A stretch of DNA of 64,000 nt from Desulfobacterales bacterium (lineage in GTDB: Bacteria; Desulfobacterota; Desulfobacteria; Desulfobacterales; Desulfobacteraceae), in contig JAKSAX010000149.1 in the NCBI GenBank assembly GCA_022361395.1, positions 8,596-72,595 of the forward strand, in the 5' to 3' direction. Within the stretch, counting starts at the first letter, position 1, and every line of letters starts with the position of its first letter. The notes below the pieces were generated by a model. The model worked only from the letters and a program-made list of their open reading frames with translations, ran no database searches and was not told the origin of the DNA. Below, one piece after another: positions 28,397 through 37,572 of the stretch. Position numbers and translations under genes: made by a program.

Positions 28397-29409
28397 TTTG
28401 ATACTGAGGCCTTTCCCTTCTGGTACTCACCGGGGCTGAGTCCGAACCAGCGCTTAAACGCATGGTGAAAGGTGCTGGGTTCCGAGTACCCTAACAGATA
28501 GGCGATCTGTGTTATCCGGAATTGCTGCTCCAGGTAAACCCGGCACAGCTTCTGCCTGGTTTCCTCCAGAAGCGCTTTAAAACCGGTTCCGGAACGGCTC
28601 AGTTTTCTTTGCAGTGTACTCCGGCTCATATGGAGCACCCGGGCCGTGTTTTCAATGGACACCTCTCCCTTTGGCAGCCCCTCAACAATCAGGGAAACCA
28701 CCTGTTTCTCCAGCGAATCAAGGGCTGTCACCTGTTTGAGGTTCAAATCTGCATAATCCTCAAGTACCCTACGCAGGTAAGGATCCCTGTACTTGATGGG
28801 CTGGTTTGCAGCGGCCCGGTCCAGGTAAACCGCATTTTCCTCCTGTTCGAACATAACAGGGGTTTTGAAAAAGCGGTGGTATTCCTCTGCATACCCGGGA
28901 TCGGAATGCTGGAAACAGACTTCAAGGGGAACGATATCCTTCCGGGTAAAGGTCCGGGCATGCTGCACCACCAGTGAGAGGTAGTGCTCAGGGATCCATA
29001 TATTCTGGTGTTCAGGGGAGTTGTTCGTATAAACGATGGTCAGGCCCCGGTCAGTCTCTTTTACCGCTACATGATCGGCATCACAAACCAGCCTGGCGTA
29101 TCTGGCCCACATCCCTGCCGCATCTGCCAGTGTCCTGCAGTTCATGGCAATGGTTGCCACAAAATGCATGGTATCCTTTTCATAGGTCCGGCTCAAACGG
29201 ATGGCCAGGGCCGGGTCACCGGTTACTTTGATGGCCAGTTTCCACAGGCGGATGAAAGACTCCAGCGGCAGGCCTATGTCGGCGGCTTTGAGGCATTCCC
29301 GCTGTATACCGGTCTCTGTCTCTATCTGCGCCGGTGATATCCCGTTTTTCCCAAGAATGGTGCAGAGCACCTGGATACCCTGAGCATAGCTTAAAATGTC
29401 AGAACCCAT
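28393..29409 (-). CDS. AraC family regulator, paralog of the downstream gene
   Basis: QIAYLLGYSEPSTFHHAFKRWFG. Shares RLWxLAxxVTGDxAxAxRL and DPYL. ATGA overlap. Confidence 0.93.
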   Translation of the reverse strand: MGSDILSYAQGIQVLCTILGKNGISPAQIETETGIQRECLKAADIGLPLESFIRLWKLAIKVTGDPALAIRLSRTYEKDTMHFVATIAMNCRTLADAAGMWARYARLVCDADHVAVKETDRGLTIVYTNNSPEHQNIWIPEHYLSLVVQHARTFTRKDIVPLEVCFQHSDPGYAEEYHRFFKTPVMFEQEENAVYLDRAAANQPIKYRDPYLRRVLEDYADLNLKQVTALDSLEKQVVSLIVEGLPKGEVSIENTARVLHMSRSTLQRKLSRSGTGFKALLEETRQKLCRVYLEQQFRITQIAYLLGYSEPSTFHHAFKRWFGLSPGEYQKGKASVSK

Positions 29410-29507
29410 AGCCGGAACCTGTCTCTTTTTAAATTTTCAAATTAAAGGCCGGGATATATGCGGGCGCCCGGTCTATCCGGCGCAATCTGCCATAAACAAT
29501 CCGGGAG

Positions 29508-30134
29508 TCACCGGCCCCCTTCTTTTTTCACCAGCACCCCCACCCTTCCCTTGTCCCGCTTTCCGTCGGGTATGTTCAGGATTGAATATTCCATCAGCCT
29601 GAATCCCAGGGATTTGCAGGTATCGACCAGCTTTTCCGGGGGCAGGGCATCGTAATAAAAATCAACACCGAACATCTGGTCCGTGAACGGCGGTATATTT
29701 TTATCGCACCCGCCGGATGACAGTATCAGGTATCCCCCGGGACTGAGACAGGCGTATATTTTCTCCAGAACAGGCGGATGAACCTGCCTTGGCAGGTGGA
29801 ACAGGGCATCCCAGAGCACCACACCGTCATACCGCTCTTTTATGGAATAATCCTCAATATCCGACCGGATGAACTCAGTATCCGGCAATGACGACCTGGC
29901 CTTTGCAAGAAGTTTTGCCGACCTGTCCACACCGGTCAGCCTGAACCCGGCCTCAACAAGCTGTTTGCCTATGGGGTTTCCGGAACCGCACCCAAGGTCC
30001 AGCACCCTGGCCCCCCGGGACAGGACAGCGATGAATTCATTAAACAGGCGCCCGTCTTCCGGCGGCAATGCCTGCCGCATCCGGCACCATTGTTCAACAA
30101 TAAGATCATACTCTGCTTTAAGGAATTCAGTCAT
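29508..30134 (-). CDS. Class I SAM-dependent methyltransferase
   Basis: VLDLGCGSG, TGVDRS, WDALFHL, LSPGG. Confidence 0.9.
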   Translation of the reverse strand: MTEFLKAEYDLIVEQWCRMRQALPPEDGRLFNEFIAVLSRGARVLDLGCGSGNPIGKQLVEAGFRLTGVDRSAKLLAKARSSLPDTEFIRSDIEDYSIKERYDGVVLWDALFHLPRQVHPPVLEKIYACLSPGGYLILSSGGCDKNIPPFTDQMFGVDFYYDALPPEKLVDTCKSLGFRLMEYSILNIPDGKRDKGRVGVLVKKEGGR

Positions 30135-30266
30135 AATTACACCCTGGTTTAAAATGCGCACTCCCAGTAAACAGGTTGTAAAAAAACAAATTTACCCTGT
30201 CAATAAGGGAAACCCGCAAACCGGAGACTTTTTCCCTAATCCTTTGATATATTGGAAAAAACCCTC

Positions 30267-30317
30267 TTGACAAAAAATAGCGTTTGCTCGTATATTATTG
30301 TCGGTCGATCGGCCGAC
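30267..30317 (+). promoter_or_regulatory. Sigma70 promoter with near-palindromic operator (probable TetR site) for the SCP2-ADH-AOR operon
   Basis: TTGACA (30267)-18-TATATT (30291), followed by GTCGGTCGATCGGCCGAC at 30300-30317. Confidence 0.7.
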
Positions 30318-30370
30318 TGAAGTGCCGGAGACAAATTTTCCATACAATTTTACAGGTAACAGGGAGGATC

Positions 30371-30901
30371 ATGGAGGCTTTTGCAGAGATCAAACCCGGA
30401 AGAAAGATAATCCAGCGCATCTATCTTGGATTCATGCTCTGGTTCGTGGGCCGCGCGGTTCAGGCAGCGGCCCGGGTAGACAAGACCGTGGCAAAGGAAT
30501 TTGCCGCCATGCCCGAAGGCTATACCTTTTCCCTGGGGGCTTTTCCCAGCGGCCCCTATATGGTGGTGGGAAAAGATGCCGGCGGCCGGGCCAAATACCT
30601 GGGCGGCAACATCAGCAAGCATGAGATTCATCTGGAAATGGGGCTCAAGAGCATGGGGAACCTGTTCACCATGTTCACATTCAGGGAGAGTACCCCCATT
30701 GCCAATGCCAGGGACCGCCTCTTTGTCTCCGGTGATGTGCCCCTTGCCTGCGCCGTTGTCAGAATTCTGGACATTGTCCAGGTATATCTGCTGCCCAAGC
30801 CCGTTGCAAAGCTGGCCATCAAGCGCTATCCCCGCTGGTCCCTGAAACGCCACACCCTGGACAGGACCATGGTAATGATCAGAACCGTCACAGGACTCTA
30901 A
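30371..30901 (+). CDS. Hypothetical protein, probable SCP2-like fold
   Basis: ATG 30371 follows GGGAGG. Helix/strand pattern ends ARDRLFVSGDVPLA, resembling the SCP2 C-terminal motif. Confidence 0.6.
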   Translation: MEAFAEIKPGRKIIQRIYLGFMLWFVGRAVQAAARVDKTVAKEFAAMPEGYTFSLGAFPSGPYMVVGKDAGGRAKYLGGNISKHEIHLEMGLKSMGNLFTMFTFRESTPIANARDRLFVSGDVPLACAVVRILDIVQVYLLPKPVAKLAIKRYPRWSLKRHTLDRTMVMIRTVTGL

Positions 30902-30918
30902 ACGAAAGGGGTTTCATT

Positions 30919-32115
30919 ATGAGCCATTTTTCCTTTTTATGCCGGACCAAGACCGCTGCCGGCACCAATGCACTGGAGCACCTTCCCTTTGACCTGACGG
31001 CCATGGGGGCACAAAAACCCATGGTGATCATGGACAAATCCAGTCACCTGGCCGGGTTGAACAAACCCTTAATCAGGGCCTTTAAAGAATCAGGCATGAC
31101 CATGGGCTTTGCCCCGCCTCTCCCTGAAAATGAAGACGGCGGCACAGATGCTGCAGCCCAGTTTCTCCGGTCCATGTACACAAATTATAATGAAAAGGGG
31201 TTTGATGCGATTCTTGCCCTGGGCGGGGGGCCTGCCGCCGATATGGCCAAAGCCCTGAACATTGCCGTGTCCCTGGGGCCCGAAGCCCTGAAGGGGAGCA
31301 GAATTACAGCCCCCCTGAATCCTCTGGTTTATATTCCCACAGGGGTGGACACGGGCGCTGCCGCGGCCGGGATGACAGTGTTCAACAATGTGTCCTTTTC
31401 CTCTCCCTTCCTGGCACCTGACGGGGTGGTCATTGATGCCAAGATGATTATTCCCGATGACCGGGAAACCCTTCTGGACTATGGGCTCCGCAACCTGGCC
31501 GTGGGGTGTGAAGTCCATGGCCTGTCCGGGAATCCGCCGGCCCGGGCCTATGCATCCACCCTGATTGAACTCTCGGCAAACGTCCTGACCGCTTTAATTG
31601 AATCAGGACTTGATACCGGGGAGAACCTCGGCAGGGTGAAGAAAGAAGAGAAAGCCTGGCAGTGGGACCTGGTTCAGGCTGCGGTGATCAGCGGCTATCT
31701 CATGTCCGGCCGCCGTTCCCTGCTGAGCCTGGCCCTGGGCCGGGAAATCGCGTCCCGGAGCCGGATATCCCAGGGACAGGTCATGGCCATGGTCCTTCCC
31801 GCCATTCTGGAATCAACAGCAGGCAGTGGTTCAGGCCCCCTCCTCCTGCCCCTGGCCGGACCGGACAGGTTCAGTTCTGTCCCGGCCTCCCAGCAGGCCC
31901 GGACTGCAGTCCAGCTCCTGCGGGACCTGGTCAATACCCTCCATGCCGCATCAGGCGGACGCCTGCCCAGAACCCTGGCTGAGGCCGGATGGAATAGTGA
32001 AGCCCTTGACGACCTGGGCCATGGCCTGATCGAAAAGGATATGCTCACCGGCATTACCCCTGAGGTTATTAACCGCATATTAACCCATGCCTGCGACGGC
32101 CGGCCCGTCAGCTAA
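30919..32115 (+). CDS. Iron-containing ADH-like protein lacking metal ligands (probable pseudoenzyme)
   Basis: DAILALGGGPAADMAK and FLAPDGVVID align with the neighbouring ADH, but the D/H/H/H ligands are replaced. Confidence 0.85.
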   Translation: MSHFSFLCRTKTAAGTNALEHLPFDLTAMGAQKPMVIMDKSSHLAGLNKPLIRAFKESGMTMGFAPPLPENEDGGTDAAAQFLRSMYTNYNEKGFDAILALGGGPAADMAKALNIAVSLGPEALKGSRITAPLNPLVYIPTGVDTGAAAAGMTVFNNVSFSSPFLAPDGVVIDAKMIIPDDRETLLDYGLRNLAVGCEVHGLSGNPPARAYASTLIELSANVLTALIESGLDTGENLGRVKKEEKAWQWDLVQAAVISGYLMSGRRSLLSLALGREIASRSRISQGQVMAMVLPAILESTAGSGSGPLLLPLAGPDRFSSVPASQQARTAVQLLRDLVNTLHAASGGRLPRTLAEAGWNSEALDDLGHGLIEKDMLTGITPEVINRILTHACDGRPVS

Positions 32116-32125
32116 AGGAGATACC

Positions 32126-33373
32126 ATGTATACACCTGATTATTACGAATTCTGCTGCCGGGTAAACATTGTGGCCGGACTGAACGGCCTGGAACAGATC
32201 CCTGACCTTCTGGCATCCATGGGGGCGAATTCGCCCATGATACTCACAGACAAGGGCGTGATGGCGGCAGGCCTTGTGGATGTTGTCACCGCGGCCCTGG
32301 ATGACAGGCTGACCATCCCTGCTGTTGAAGATGATGTTCCCCCGGATTCGGACCTTAAGGTGGTAAACCGCCTGGCAGGGGTGTACCGGGAAAAAGGATG
32401 CGATGCCATTATTGCCGTGGGCGGCGGTTCAGTCCTGGACACGGCCAAGGGGATCAATATCCTGGTATCTGAAAATTCCGACGATCTGATGGACTTCACC
32501 GGCGCCGGTGCCCTGAAAAGACCGCTGCGTCCGTTGATTGCCGTGCCCACCACCGCAGGCACCGGATCGGAAGTAACCCTGGTGGCTGTGATTGCCGACC
32601 ATGACAACAACCGGAAGATGCTTTTCTCCTCCTATTTCCTGCTGCCTGATGCCGCTGTGGTGGATCCCAGGATGACCCTGACCCTGCCCCCTCATATCAC
32701 GGCTGCCACAGCCATGGACGCCATGGCCCATGCAGTTGAATCAACGGTGATGCTGTCCAAAAACCCGTTGAGTGATGCCCATGCCCGTGAGGCCATGACC
32801 CTGATCAGCAGCAACCTTTTGTCCGTTATCAAAAACCCGTCTGACCAGGAGGGCCGCCTGGCCCTGGCCACGGCTGCCACCATGGCCGGTATCGCCTTTT
32901 CCAATTCCATGGTGGGCATGATCCATGCCATAGGCCATTCCGTGGGTTCGGTCTGCCATGTCCCCCACGGCACCTGCATGGCGATCCTCCTGCCCTACGG
33001 CCTTGAGTACAACCTCCATAAGGTCGGGGACAGGGTCGCCGAACTTCTGCTGCCGCTGGCCGGACCGGAGGCCTGGGTGTCCACCCCCGAAGACAAACGT
33101 GCCCGAGCCGTCATCGACTGGATCCGGCAGTTCAACCGGGAACTGCACCAGGCCACCGGCGGCCGCCATGCCACCTGTCTTAAAGATATAAAAGACCATG
33201 AAAACAATCCCATGGTCCCCCGGTCCAGGCTGACGGCCATTGCTGAAACCGCCATGGGGGACGGCGCCATTTTCTACAACCCGGAAGACATGGATTATGA
33301 GGATTTTCTTATGGTAACCGAAGCAGCCTGGGAAGGGGTCCCCCTGGATCTGACTAAAATCAAAAAAGGGTAA
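32126..33373 (+). CDS. Iron-containing alcohol dehydrogenase
   Basis: AVGGGSVLDTAK, PTTAGTGSE, MDAMAHAVE, IHAIGH, VPHG. ATG 32126 follows AAAGGAG. Confidence 0.95.
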   Translation: MYTPDYYEFCCRVNIVAGLNGLEQIPDLLASMGANSPMILTDKGVMAAGLVDVVTAALDDRLTIPAVEDDVPPDSDLKVVNRLAGVYREKGCDAIIAVGGGSVLDTAKGINILVSENSDDLMDFTGAGALKRPLRPLIAVPTTAGTGSEVTLVAVIADHDNNRKMLFSSYFLLPDAAVVDPRMTLTLPPHITAATAMDAMAHAVESTVMLSKNPLSDAHAREAMTLISSNLLSVIKNPSDQEGRLALATAATMAGIAFSNSMVGMIHAIGHSVGSVCHVPHGTCMAILLPYGLEYNLHKVGDRVAELLLPLAGPEAWVSTPEDKRARAVIDWIRQFNRELHQATGGRHATCLKDIKDHENNPMVPRSRLTAIAETAMGDGAIFYNPEDMDYEDFLMVTEAAWEGVPLDLTKIKKG

Positions 33374-33386
33374 ACCATAACGCTTT

Positions 33387-33419
33387 GGGATCGCGCAAAT
33401 TCTTACGCGATCCCTTTTT
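33387..33419 (+). terminator. Minimal copy of the GGGATCGCG repeat forming a hairpin plus T-tract inside the operon
   Basis: GGGATCGCG-CAAATTCTTA-CGCGATCCC-TTTTT. Confidence 0.65.
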
Positions 33420-33438
33420 ACACGCCAAGGAGTATAAA

Positions 33439-35391
33439 ATGACTGCAAAAGGGTATATGGGCAGGATAATGATGGTGGATCTGACTGCCGGCACCGTTGA
33501 AATCGAAGAGATTTCATCCAAGGTATATGAATCATTCCTCTCCGGTATGGGCCTGGCCGCCCATGTGCTTTACAACCGGATTCCCGAAGGGGCCGATCCT
33601 CTCGGACCCGATAATATCATGGGCTTTGTGTCCGGACTGCTCACCGGAACCGGCTCCCTGTTCACCGGGCGGTGGATGGTAACGGCCTTATCCCCCCTGA
33701 CAGGGGGATGGGGCGAGGCCAACTGCGGCGGTTCCTTCTCCCCCGCCATCAAGCGGTGCGGGGTGGACGGCATATTTTTCAAAGGCATCAGCCCTGAACC
33801 GGTCTACCTCTATGTGGATGATAAAGGCGCGGCGCTCAAGCCTGCCGAAGCCGTCTGGGGCAGGGACGCAGTTGAAACCGAAGAGATACTCAAGGAGGCC
33901 CATCCAAAGGCCAGGGTTGCCTGTATCGGGCAGGCCGGCGAAAAGCGGTCACTGATCTCGGGGGTTTCCACGGACAGGGGCAGAATGGCTGCCAGATCGG
34001 GTCTTGGCGCTGTCATGGGCGCCAAAAACCTTAAAGCCCTTGTACTTTCCGGAAAAAAACGGATTCCCGTCCACAACCGGGAGAGGATGAAGGAGCTGAG
34101 CCGGATCTGCAACAAGTGGGTCCAGTTCCAGCCGCCCTTTGTGCCGGGATGGCTCACAGCCCCGGTGGGTGCGCTCATGCGGTTCCTCCCCTTTGTGGCC
34201 ACCCAGGACGGGCTGCTCTATAAAATCCTGCTGAGAAAATGGGGAACGGTCTCCATGAACCAGATGTCCGTTGAGATGGGGGACTCCCCCATTAAAAACT
34301 GGAACGGGACCAGTGCGGACTGGGGGTTTTTCAAATCCCTCTCTTCCAACCCGGACACTTACGTTAAAACGGAAACCGAAAAATTCCACTGCTATTCCTG
34401 CCCCCTGGGCTGCGGCGGCATCTGCAGGACCAAAGGCAAATTTTCCGAAACCCACAAGCCTGAGTATGAAACCGTGCTCTCCTTTGGCGGTTTTGTGATG
34501 AACAAGGATACGGATTCCATCTTTTACCTGAACGAACTGCTGAACCGGGCCGGCATGGACAGTATCTCCGCCGGACATGTGGTGGCCTTTGCCATGGAAT
34601 GCTATGAAAAGGGCATCATCACCACAAAGGACACCGGGGGACAGACCCTTGAATGGGGGGATCCCGGGGCCATTGAATTCCTGGTGGAAAAAATGGTGGC
34701 GCGGGAGGGCATCGGCGATATCCTGGCTGACGGGGTAAAAACAGCGGCAAAGCACCTGGGCAGGGAGGCCGAAGGAATCGCGCTTCACTGCGGGGGCCAG
34801 GAACCGGCCATGCATGACTCCAGAAACGATCCAGGATTTGCCCTCCACTACAGCGTAGACCCGGCTCCGGGACGGCATACCAACGGTGCAGGACTTTACT
34901 ATGAAATGTACCAGCTCTGGAAAAAGGTAAAGAACGTCCCCAAAATAGGGCCGGCCTATTGGAAGTCCAGCAAATATAAGAAAAACATTGATCATGCCCG
35001 GGTGGGCAAGGCCAATTCGGAATTCATGAATGTGATGAACGGGGTGGGTGCCTGCCTGTTCGGCGGTTTCCTGGGTTCCGAACGGATCCGCATCTTTGAC
35101 TGGATCAATGCGGCCACGGGCTGGCAGTTCTCCCCTGACGCGTACATGGAAAGAGGAGCAAACATCCAGGTCCTCAAACAGGCATTCAATATCAAACACG
35201 GACTGGAGCCCAAAAACAGCCGGGTGCCTGACCGGCTTCTGGGCACCCCGCCCCAGACCCGAGGGGCCAATAAAGGCCGGACCGTTGATGTGGAGACCAT
35301 GATGCAGGACTACTGGGAGTTATTCGGCTGGGACCGGAATACGGGAAAGCCTTCCGAAGAGAGTATTAACCGGGTGGCATCCATCAGTTAA
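33439..35391 (+). CDS. Aldehyde:ferredoxin oxidoreductase (W/Mo AOR family)
   Basis: SPLTGGWGEANCGG, AARSGLGAVMGAKNLKA, CYSCPLGCG, KPEYET, GMDSIS. ATG 33439 follows AAGGAG. Confidence 0.95.
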   Translation: MTAKGYMGRIMMVDLTAGTVEIEEISSKVYESFLSGMGLAAHVLYNRIPEGADPLGPDNIMGFVSGLLTGTGSLFTGRWMVTALSPLTGGWGEANCGGSFSPAIKRCGVDGIFFKGISPEPVYLYVDDKGAALKPAEAVWGRDAVETEEILKEAHPKARVACIGQAGEKRSLISGVSTDRGRMAARSGLGAVMGAKNLKALVLSGKKRIPVHNRERMKELSRICNKWVQFQPPFVPGWLTAPVGALMRFLPFVATQDGLLYKILLRKWGTVSMNQMSVEMGDSPIKNWNGTSADWGFFKSLSSNPDTYVKTETEKFHCYSCPLGCGGICRTKGKFSETHKPEYETVLSFGGFVMNKDTDSIFYLNELLNRAGMDSISAGHVVAFAMECYEKGIITTKDTGGQTLEWGDPGAIEFLVEKMVAREGIGDILADGVKTAAKHLGREAEGIALHCGGQEPAMHDSRNDPGFALHYSVDPAPGRHTNGAGLYYEMYQLWKKVKNVPKIGPAYWKSSKYKKNIDHARVGKANSEFMNVMNGVGACLFGGFLGSERIRIFDWINAATGWQFSPDAYMERGANIQVLKQAFNIKHGLEPKNSRVPDRLLGTPPQTRGANKGRTVDVETMMQDYWELFGWDRNTGKPSEESINRVASIS

Positions 35392-35411
35392 AAAAGATAA
35401 GGAGATAAAAA

Positions 35412-35858
35412 ATGGCATTTACCATTTCACAGGACTGCATCGGATGCCGGGCATGTTTAAAAATCTGCCCCACCCGGGCCATCACCGGAGAAAAAAAAGC
35501 CCGCCATTCCATAGAGGACATTACCTGTATTGAATGCGGGGCCTGCGGCAGGGTATGTCCGTCGGAAGCGGTAACGGATAATTTCGGCCTGGCCCTGAAA
35601 CGGATCCCCAAAAAAGAATGGCAGCGGCCCTGGGTTGATATTTCCCTGTGCATGTCCTGCAACATCTGCATTGACACCTGCCCTGCAGGGGCATTGTCCC
35701 AGATCCTCCAGAAAGTCGGATCCACCCATAAGTTCCCCTTCCTGGAAAAAGAGGCCGAGTGCATTGCCTGCGGATTCTGCGTCCAGGACTGCCCCGTGGA
35801 GGCCGTTACCATGGGCCCCAGGCAGAGTGGGAAAAAACAGGCACCTGTGAACGCCTGA
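35412..35858 (+). CDS. Polyferredoxin with four [4Fe-4S] motifs
   Basis: Four CxxCxxCxxxCP motifs. Confidence 0.95.
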   Translation: MAFTISQDCIGCRACLKICPTRAITGEKKARHSIEDITCIECGACGRVCPSEAVTDNFGLALKRIPKKEWQRPWVDISLCMSCNICIDTCPAGALSQILQKVGSTHKFPFLEKEAECIACGFCVQDCPVEAVTMGPRQSGKKQAPVNA

Positions 35859-35862
35859 GCCC

Positions 35863-36435
35863 ATGGCCAGAACAGCAAAAGGCACCGGGGAGGACAACCG
35901 CCGTAAAATCCTGGATGCGGCCCGGGCCATGATAGGGGAAAAGGGGGTCGAAAAGACCAGTCTTGCCGGGATTTCAAAGGCCTCAGGGCTCAGCAAGGGA
36001 ACCCTGTACTACTATTATGCCAGTAAAAATGAGCTGATCTTTGATATTGCAGACCAGCACATGGAGGAGATCACAACCGCCCTGTTTGACATGATTGATG
36101 AAAACCAGGGCCTCACCTGGGAGGGGCTGCTCACCGCCTTTTTCACAACCATCCTCTCATCAGAGGCCAGGAGCCGCCTTCATCTTTACCTGGTCAGGGA
36201 GGCGGTCTCGGGCAACGAGGATCTTAAGGCCCGCTTCAGGGCCACCTATGCAAAATGGTTTGCCATGGCAGATGAGGCATATGATAAGATGCCCGGCTCC
36301 AAAGAGGATGTGGGAGCCCAGTCAAGGTTCCTGGTGGCGGTTGTGGACGGCTTCATCCTTCAGACCCTTCTTGAGGCGGACCCACCCGATATAAAGGATA
36401 TTGTCCGCCTCATGCTTAAAATTGTGGCGCTTTAA
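35863..36435 (+). CDS. TetR family regulator
   Basis: KGVEKTSLAGISKASGLSKGTLYYYYASK. Confidence 0.95.
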   Translation: MARTAKGTGEDNRRKILDAARAMIGEKGVEKTSLAGISKASGLSKGTLYYYYASKNELIFDIADQHMEEITTALFDMIDENQGLTWEGLLTAFFTTILSSEARSRLHLYLVREAVSGNEDLKARFRATYAKWFAMADEAYDKMPGSKEDVGAQSRFLVAVVDGFILQTLLEADPPDIKDIVRLMLKIVAL

Positions 36436-36444
36436 TCCCGGATT

Positions 36445-37572
36445 TTAACCGGATTCATCCGGTTTTTCCTCAGAAGGAGCCGGAAAACTGATGGTCACCG
36501 CAGTGCCCTTTTCCCTTGAGGTTGTCATCTTTATCTTCCCGTTCTGGGCCCGGGCAATCAATTTTGCACTATAGGTGCCCAGACCGGTGCCGTAGTCTTT
36601 TTTAGCTGTGGCATATTTTTCAAAAAACCTGTGGCGTATCTCCCTGGGAACAACACCCATGTTGTGGATACGTATCCTGAGTGCGGGGCCGCTGTCCAGG
36701 TCAATGGTGACCACACCATTTTCCGGGGAGGCCTCAATGGCGTTTTTGATCAGATTTAAAAGCATGGTATAAAAAAGCAGCTGTTCCCCGGGGATGATGA
36801 ATGTATCCTTATCCCGGGCCGGACTGCCCCTGACAACGATCTTTATCGAGATATTGCGCTCATCCTTAAGTTTCTGCACTTCCGCGTTAATGGTATTGAC
36901 GACAAACAGGATATCAACCGGGGACATCTCCGGGGTGTACTGGTTCTTTTCCATTTTAAAGAGATCCAGGGAGAGATTGACCATGTTGGACAACCGGTCA
37001 ATGGAGGCTGACAGCCGCTGCACATGACGCCGCCCCTTTTTGGTAACCGCCTCTTTCAACAATAGTTTGGGCAGATTCACTATGGCGCCCAGCGCATTTC
37101 GCATGTCGTGGTGGAGAATCCGTTCTATATCTTCACGAAGGGCTGCGGCCTTTATCAGTTCCCTGTTCTGCCGCTGGATTTTTTCCCTTCCGGATTTAAT
37201 TTCAAGGTGGGTTTTTACCCTTGCCAGGAGTTCTTCCCGGTTAAAGGGTTTGGTTAAATAATCCACCGCACCGAATTCAAACCCCTTGACAATATCATCC
37301 GGATGGGTTTTGGCCGTGAGAAAAATCACCGGAATATCCGCTGTATCAGTGTTTGATTTCAAATGGCCGCAGGTTTCATACCCGTCCATGACAGGCATCA
37401 TGATATCCAGGAGAATCAGGTCGGGAAAAGGATTGATAACAGCCCTTTTCAAAGCCTCCCTGCCGGAAACGGCCACCCTTACGGTATAGCTTGTCCCCAG
37501 CATATGGTTGAGCAGCCTGATATTATTCGGCTCGTCATCGACCACCAGAATCGTCTGTTTCTCAACTGTCAT
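36445..37572 (-). CDS. REC-histidine kinase (cytoplasmic)
   Basis: ILVVDD...LLDIMMP, HDMRNALGAI, NLIKNAIEA, GTGLG. Confidence 0.92.
   Translation of the reverse strand: MTVEKQTILVVDDEPNNIRLLNHMLGTSYTVRVAVSGREALKRAVINPFPDLILLDIMMPVMDGYETCGHLKSNTDTADIPVIFLTAKTHPDDIVKGFEFGAVDYLTKPFNREELLARVKTHLEIKSGREKIQRQNRELIKAAALREDIERILHHDMRNALGAIVNLPKLLLKEAVTKKGRRHVQRLSASIDRLSNMVNLSLDLFKMEKNQYTPEMSPVDILFVVNTINAEVQKLKDERNISIKIVVRGSPARDKDTFIIPGEQLLFYTMLLNLIKNAIEASPENGVVTIDLDSGPALRIRIHNMGVVPREIRHRFFEKYATAKKDYGTGLGTYSAKLIARAQNGKIKMTTSREKGTAVTISFPAPSEEKPDESG

Noticed and set aside
33949-35199. 416-aa antisense ORF (likewise 3049-4011, 37989-39113, 48700-49725 and many shorter ones)
   Set aside because: These are shadow ORFs opposite well-supported genes, with no motifs; they are expected from codon bias.
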